Source: Candidatus Omnitrophota bacterium (GTDB lineage: Bacteria > Omnitrophota > Gorgyraeia > Zapsychrales > Zapsychraceae). Taken from it: a stretch of 64,000 nt of DNA. The notes under the pieces were generated by a model that saw nothing but the letters and a program-made list of their open reading frames with translations, was not told the DNA's origin and searched no databases. Location: NCBI GenBank assembly GCA_015233405.1, contig JADFXT010000004.1, forward strand, positions 100,470 through 164,469, written 5' to 3'. The position numbers were made by a program, and so were the translations under genes. Positions 59,220 to 64,000 of this stretch are shown here, piece by piece. The number at the start of each line of letters is the position of its first letter. The first letter of the stretch is position 1.

Positions 59220-59385
59220 GGATTGGGATGAATAAAAGGAATAATAATTATAATTATATTAAGGCTGTTTCAAATTTTATTAATTGTACTCATTTTTTAA
59301 AAGATTGCAACTAGAAAATGCGGGGGCTTTCCAGAATGGCACCATTGTGTTTCCCCCTCTTTTTTAAAGAGGGAAAACGGGGGAA

Positions 59386-61120
<1,735 letters not shown>

Positions 61121-61299
61121 CGTAATAATACAACCTACTTTACCTCAACATATTAAAACACTGTTTCTGCGAACATCTCTTTTTTTGTCAGCCATTAATT
61201 TAAATCCATCAAATCAATTTCCTAATATCTTGTGTTTACTGCTTTTATAAATTTTGCGAAACCTATAAATAATCCAAACCAACATGGGGTTCGCATCAG
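61121..61299 (-). promoter_or_regulatory. CRISPR leader
   Basis: An AT-rich 179-bp non-coding stretch between the cas2 stop and the first repeat. Confidence 0.55.
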
Positions 61300-61590
61300 C
61301 TATATGATCAACGGGCCTTCCATATCAACTGCTCTTTGCGCGCCTACATGTTCTACCCTCCGACGCCAGTTCGATCCCAAAAAGTAAAAACGCAAACTGT
61401 CTTTTTCAGGCTCAATCTCCGCCAGCAATTTACTCTTCATCAGCGCCCACTTCGCCGGATCAACATTGCACTCAAAAACCGAATACTGAACGCGTTGTCC
61501 GTAATCCTTGCATATTTTGGCGACGCGACGTAATCGTCTTTGACCGCCTAAGTCGCTTATCTCAACGTCATAACTGACCAATACCATCAT
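61300..61590 (-). CDS. cas2: CRISPR-associated endoribonuclease Cas2
   Basis: 96 aa. It has the N-terminal MMVLVSYDV (catalytic Asp), a ferredoxin-like length, and sits next to cas1. Confidence 0.9.
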   Translation of the reverse strand: MMVLVSYDVEISDLGGQRRLRRVAKICKDYGQRVQYSVFECNVDPAKWALMKSKLLAEIEPEKDSLRFYFLGSNWRRRVEHVGAQRAVDMEGPLII

Positions 61591-61599
61591 GAAATCACC

Positions 61600-62631
61600 T
61601 CATTTCCAAATAAAAACAGGATACCCGTCGAGATCGCCGCGCAGGTACCGCGCCAAAAGCAATGCCTGCACATAAAACAATAACCCGACGGCGACACTCT
61701 CATTCAAAAATGGATGGGTGATTTCCTCTTGCTTGCGTTTTTGATAAGCAACCAAAACCGTTTTGCGAGTTTCATCATCCATCAACACTGCCCCGCTCTC
61801 AGATTTTTTGAATCCTTTGGCGTTGACCTGTTCACGATTAATAAGCGACAAGGCCAACCGGTCAACGATATAAGGTCTGAACTCTTCCATCATATCAAGC
61901 GCCAAACCAGCTCTGCCCGGCCGGTCTGTATGCAAAAAGCCCACACAGGAATCAAGCCCCACACTTTCTAAAGCCGCACGCACATCGTGCATAAGAAGTG
62001 TGTATAAAAATGATAACAGGCAATTGACATTGTCCATCGGCGGGCGGCGGTTACGTTCATCAAATCTGAAATGATCTTTTTGCGCCACGATGAGATGGTC
62101 AAACACACTGAAATAAGCACGCGCCGCGTCGCCTTCGATTCCTCGAAGAGTGTCAAGCGACATCTCACCTTCAAGCTGACCGAGAGTATATTGCAAGCGC
62201 TTGATGGTGGATTCCACATTAGAAGCGTTGATCTTATCCGCATGATCGCGCAAGGCCCGGCTCAACACCGCGCGGCCATTGGCAATCTTGCCGATAACGC
62301 AAGCGCGGGCTACGCGAGCGCTAAAATTTTTGTCGTCAGCTTTCTTGTATTGCTCGCGGCGCAAGAGCACATTGCCGGACACCTTGCCATGCACGCCGGC
62401 GAGAAATTTGCCGTATTCGCTACAAAAACTGACCGCCACATTATTCTCAGCGCAAAATCCCATCAAATGCGGGCTCATACTGACACTGCCAAAACAAATA
62501 ATCCCGCCCAATGTGTGAATAGGCACTTGAAGTTTTGCTTCCTTCTCCACCAACACCACGACAGTCTCGCCTTCCTTGTGAAGGTAAGCACCTTGGGTCG
62601 TAATGAACAAAGTGTTTAAATATTTCTTCAT
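61600..62631 (-). CDS. cas1: CRISPR-associated endonuclease Cas1 (I-C type)
   Basis: 343 aa. It has the Cas1 C-terminal catalytic region ...GFLHTDRPGRAGLALDMMEEFRP.... Confidence 0.9.
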   Translation of the reverse strand: MKKYLNTLFITTQGAYLHKEGETVVVLVEKEAKLQVPIHTLGGIICFGSVSMSPHLMGFCAENNVAVSFCSEYGKFLAGVHGKVSGNVLLRREQYKKADDKNFSARVARACVIGKIANGRAVLSRALRDHADKINASNVESTIKRLQYTLGQLEGEMSLDTLRGIEGDAARAYFSVFDHLIVAQKDHFRFDERNRRPPMDNVNCLLSFLYTLLMHDVRAALESVGLDSCVGFLHTDRPGRAGLALDMMEEFRPYIVDRLALSLINREQVNAKGFKKSESGAVLMDDETRKTVLVAYQKRKQEEITHPFLNESVAVGLLFYVQALLLARYLRGDLDGYPVFIWK

Positions 62632-63254
62632 TCCTTAATAGCCTCTTTTAAATATCTCATAACAGAAGCTGCCTGTTCTAATGCCTTTGGCTTACAAGCA
62701 TCAACCAACGAACAACTCTCACACTTTTTGGAATACACTGGCTTGGGAGTAAGGCCTGCCCGAATGAATTCATGCACCCGTTGAGCAACATCTTCTGTTT
62801 CCTGACGGAGCGCATCGTTAAATACCACCTCAAGTCTGTGCCGGGTCTTTCCGTAAAATATCGCCCCATTTTCGATTTTGTTCTTCAGCATTTCCTCGAG
62901 GCACAACGCCTGTGCGCAAAGCTGGACCTTGTCGCAATTGTTTTCCTTAGGCTTACCGTGTTTATATTCCACGGGAAAAGGTTGCCACGTACCGCCTGAT
63001 TTGTGAAATTCCACCACGTCCGCCTTGCCGTTTAAACCGAGCCGCTCAGAGCGTAACGGCATCCCCCTTTCTATCCGCACGCCGTCGCGCGTTTCAAATC
63101 CTTCCGCGTGCGCCCGGTCGTGCATAATGCCGCCTTCGGCAGTAAACAGATTTTCTTCCCACACCTGCTCAATATAAGACAGAGCACACTGCCGGGGACA
63201 GAAAATAAAGTGCTGCAACGCGGAAAGCTGGATGAAATCATCGTCACTATACAT
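62628..63254 (-). CDS. cas4: CRISPR-associated exonuclease Cas4
   Basis: 208 aa. It has a RecB-like nuclease with an N-terminal Cys (FCPRQCAL) and a C-terminal CxxCxxxxxC (CESCSLVDAC) Fe-S cluster ligand pattern. Confidence 0.9.
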   Translation of the reverse strand: MYSDDDFIQLSALQHFIFCPRQCALSYIEQVWEENLFTAEGGIMHDRAHAEGFETRDGVRIERGMPLRSERLGLNGKADVVEFHKSGGTWQPFPVEYKHGKPKENNCDKVQLCAQALCLEEMLKNKIENGAIFYGKTRHRLEVVFNDALRQETEDVAQRVHEFIRAGLTPKPVYSKKCESCSLVDACKPKALEQAASVMRYLKEAIKE

Positions 63255-64000
63255 TACCTGGCCTCAATATCCTTAATGCTGCTATCGCGCAATCTTTTTT
63301 GCGACTCCTTTTCCTTCAGATAATTATGGCTGGAAACCACTGATCGCTTGAGACGCTTTTCAAGCACCTTCCTGGATTTTCCGGCAACTTCACCGCCAGC
63401 CTGGGCATCCTGCTTCAGTTTCGGCATACCCTGCGAATCTTCGATCCGATGGATTTCCGTCGTCGTGCGCTCACCTAACATTGTAAAAATTAGCTCAAAA
63501 TCATCCATGTGGTCACGAAGATTTTCCCGCTTGAGCCCCTTGAGTTTTTTGTACTCACCCGGCGTAACACCAAACGTGGCCTTAGAAACTTCCGCCGTCA
63601 GGATCTCATAATCCTTTTCTTCCCGCGCACCGCGCTGTTGCCATTCATCCGTCAATTCCTCCCGAATGGCAATGCCCCTCATGCGTTTCTCAATCCAGGC
63701 ATCGCTGTAACCTTTGAGCTTATAAAGCACGCGGGTCCTTTTCGTGGCAAGCTCGGGGTCTTCGATCTCCTGGACGCGCTCATATCCGACTTTGGCCAGC
63801 CAACGTTTGAACGGCTCGGCTTTGGGAGAAGGAATGGACTGGATGGCCCTGAACATCGTCTCAGTGTTTAAACAATCCGTGTCGTACATTTTTCCATCCG
63901 CGGACATAAGTTTCAGTTGTACGATATTTTCGTACAACTCGACATACCCTTCCACCTTCAGCTTTCTTTTAAGATCGCTCCAGTAGCGTCTTGGATTATC
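63254..64000 (-). CDS. BRO-like / DinD-like DNA-binding protein, N-terminus beyond the window
   Basis: The frame stays open to the window edge (...DNPRRYWSDLKRKLKVEGYVELYE...). PSPKAEPFKRWLAKVGYERVQEIEDPELA and the NLRDHMDDFELIFTMLGE blocks resemble BRO/antirepressor and DinD-type proteins. The stop overlaps the cas4 ATG (TAATG). Confidence 0.5.
   Translation of the reverse strand, partial: DNPRRYWSDLKRKLKVEGYVELYENIVQLKLMSADGKMYDTDCLNTETMFRAIQSIPSPKAEPFKRWLAKVGYERVQEIEDPELATKRTRVLYKLKGYSDAWIEKRMRGIAIREELTDEWQQRGAREEKDYEILTAEVSKATFGVTPGEYKKLKGLKRENLRDHMDDFELIFTMLGERTTTEIHRIEDSQGMPKLKQDAQAGGEVAGKSRKVLEKRLKRSVVSSHNYLKEKESQKRLRDSSIKDIEAR

Noticed and set aside
59262-59280. CTGTTTCAAAT upstream of gltB as an extra degenerate CRISPR repeat.
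   Set aside because: Only about 8 of 32 positions match, and there is no spacer-length periodicity.

Overview
64-kb bacterial chromosomal window, coded almost entirely on the minus strand. I cannot assign taxonomy from the sequence alone.

Roughly 1-17.4 kb and 43-59 kb are conserved housekeeping operons:
- a partial pyrK, then pyrC, pyrB and pyrR with a PyrR-type attenuator;
- rsmI, glmS, an L27-like gene, a DsbA-like gene, a DD-carboxypeptidase, trmB, a deaminase and rsmE;
- rpe, pyrG, purF, carB, carA, gltD and gltB.

The accessory content falls into five parts.

(1) A roughly 19.8-kb AT-rich integrative island (about 18959-38732) lies next to tRNA-Glu(CUC). It is apparently bounded by a 9-bp direct repeat of the tRNA 3' end, and what looks like the native tRNA terminator has been displaced to the far junction. 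The island carries:
- DUF2924 plus a large serine recombinase;
- a LexA/S24-type repressor fused into an MboI/DpnII-type GATC restriction-modification operon (M-R-M);
- a cluster I do not recognise as a named system: a PLD-nuclease/SF2-helicase fusion, a 56-aa ORF, a DndD-like coiled-coil ATPase, a coupled 147-aa protein, a protein with a cyclase/GGDEF-like palm motif pattern, and a WEFFRRN-motif regulator;
- an orphan ParB-methylase/TerS-like/TerL packaging module;
- a four-gene cluster of HNH, DUF3800-like, zinc-ribbon and membrane-protein genes.

(2) A class II Fic gene is bracketed by two copies of a 140-150-bp repeat.

(3) A tRNA-Leu locus holds an intact tRNA-Leu(GAG) plus a GIY-YIG ORF between the two halves of a second tRNA-Leu. 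Those halves, and a tRNA-Glu 5' fragment elsewhere, each carry 19-20-nt GC hairpins inserted exactly in the D- or T-loops.

(4) A FIST / histidine kinase / receiver-GGDDF signalling operon and a gene for an archaeal-type (class III) signal-peptide pilin-like protein.

(5) A type I-C-like CRISPR array (27 repeats, 26 spacers) has only cas4-cas1-cas2 in view. A BRO-like gene is translationally coupled to cas4, and several spacers are allelic or overlapping.

Two copies of a roughly 100-bp palindromic MITE/REP-like element sit between carB and carA and between gltB and gltD.

All functional calls come from motif recognition by eye. No database search was run.
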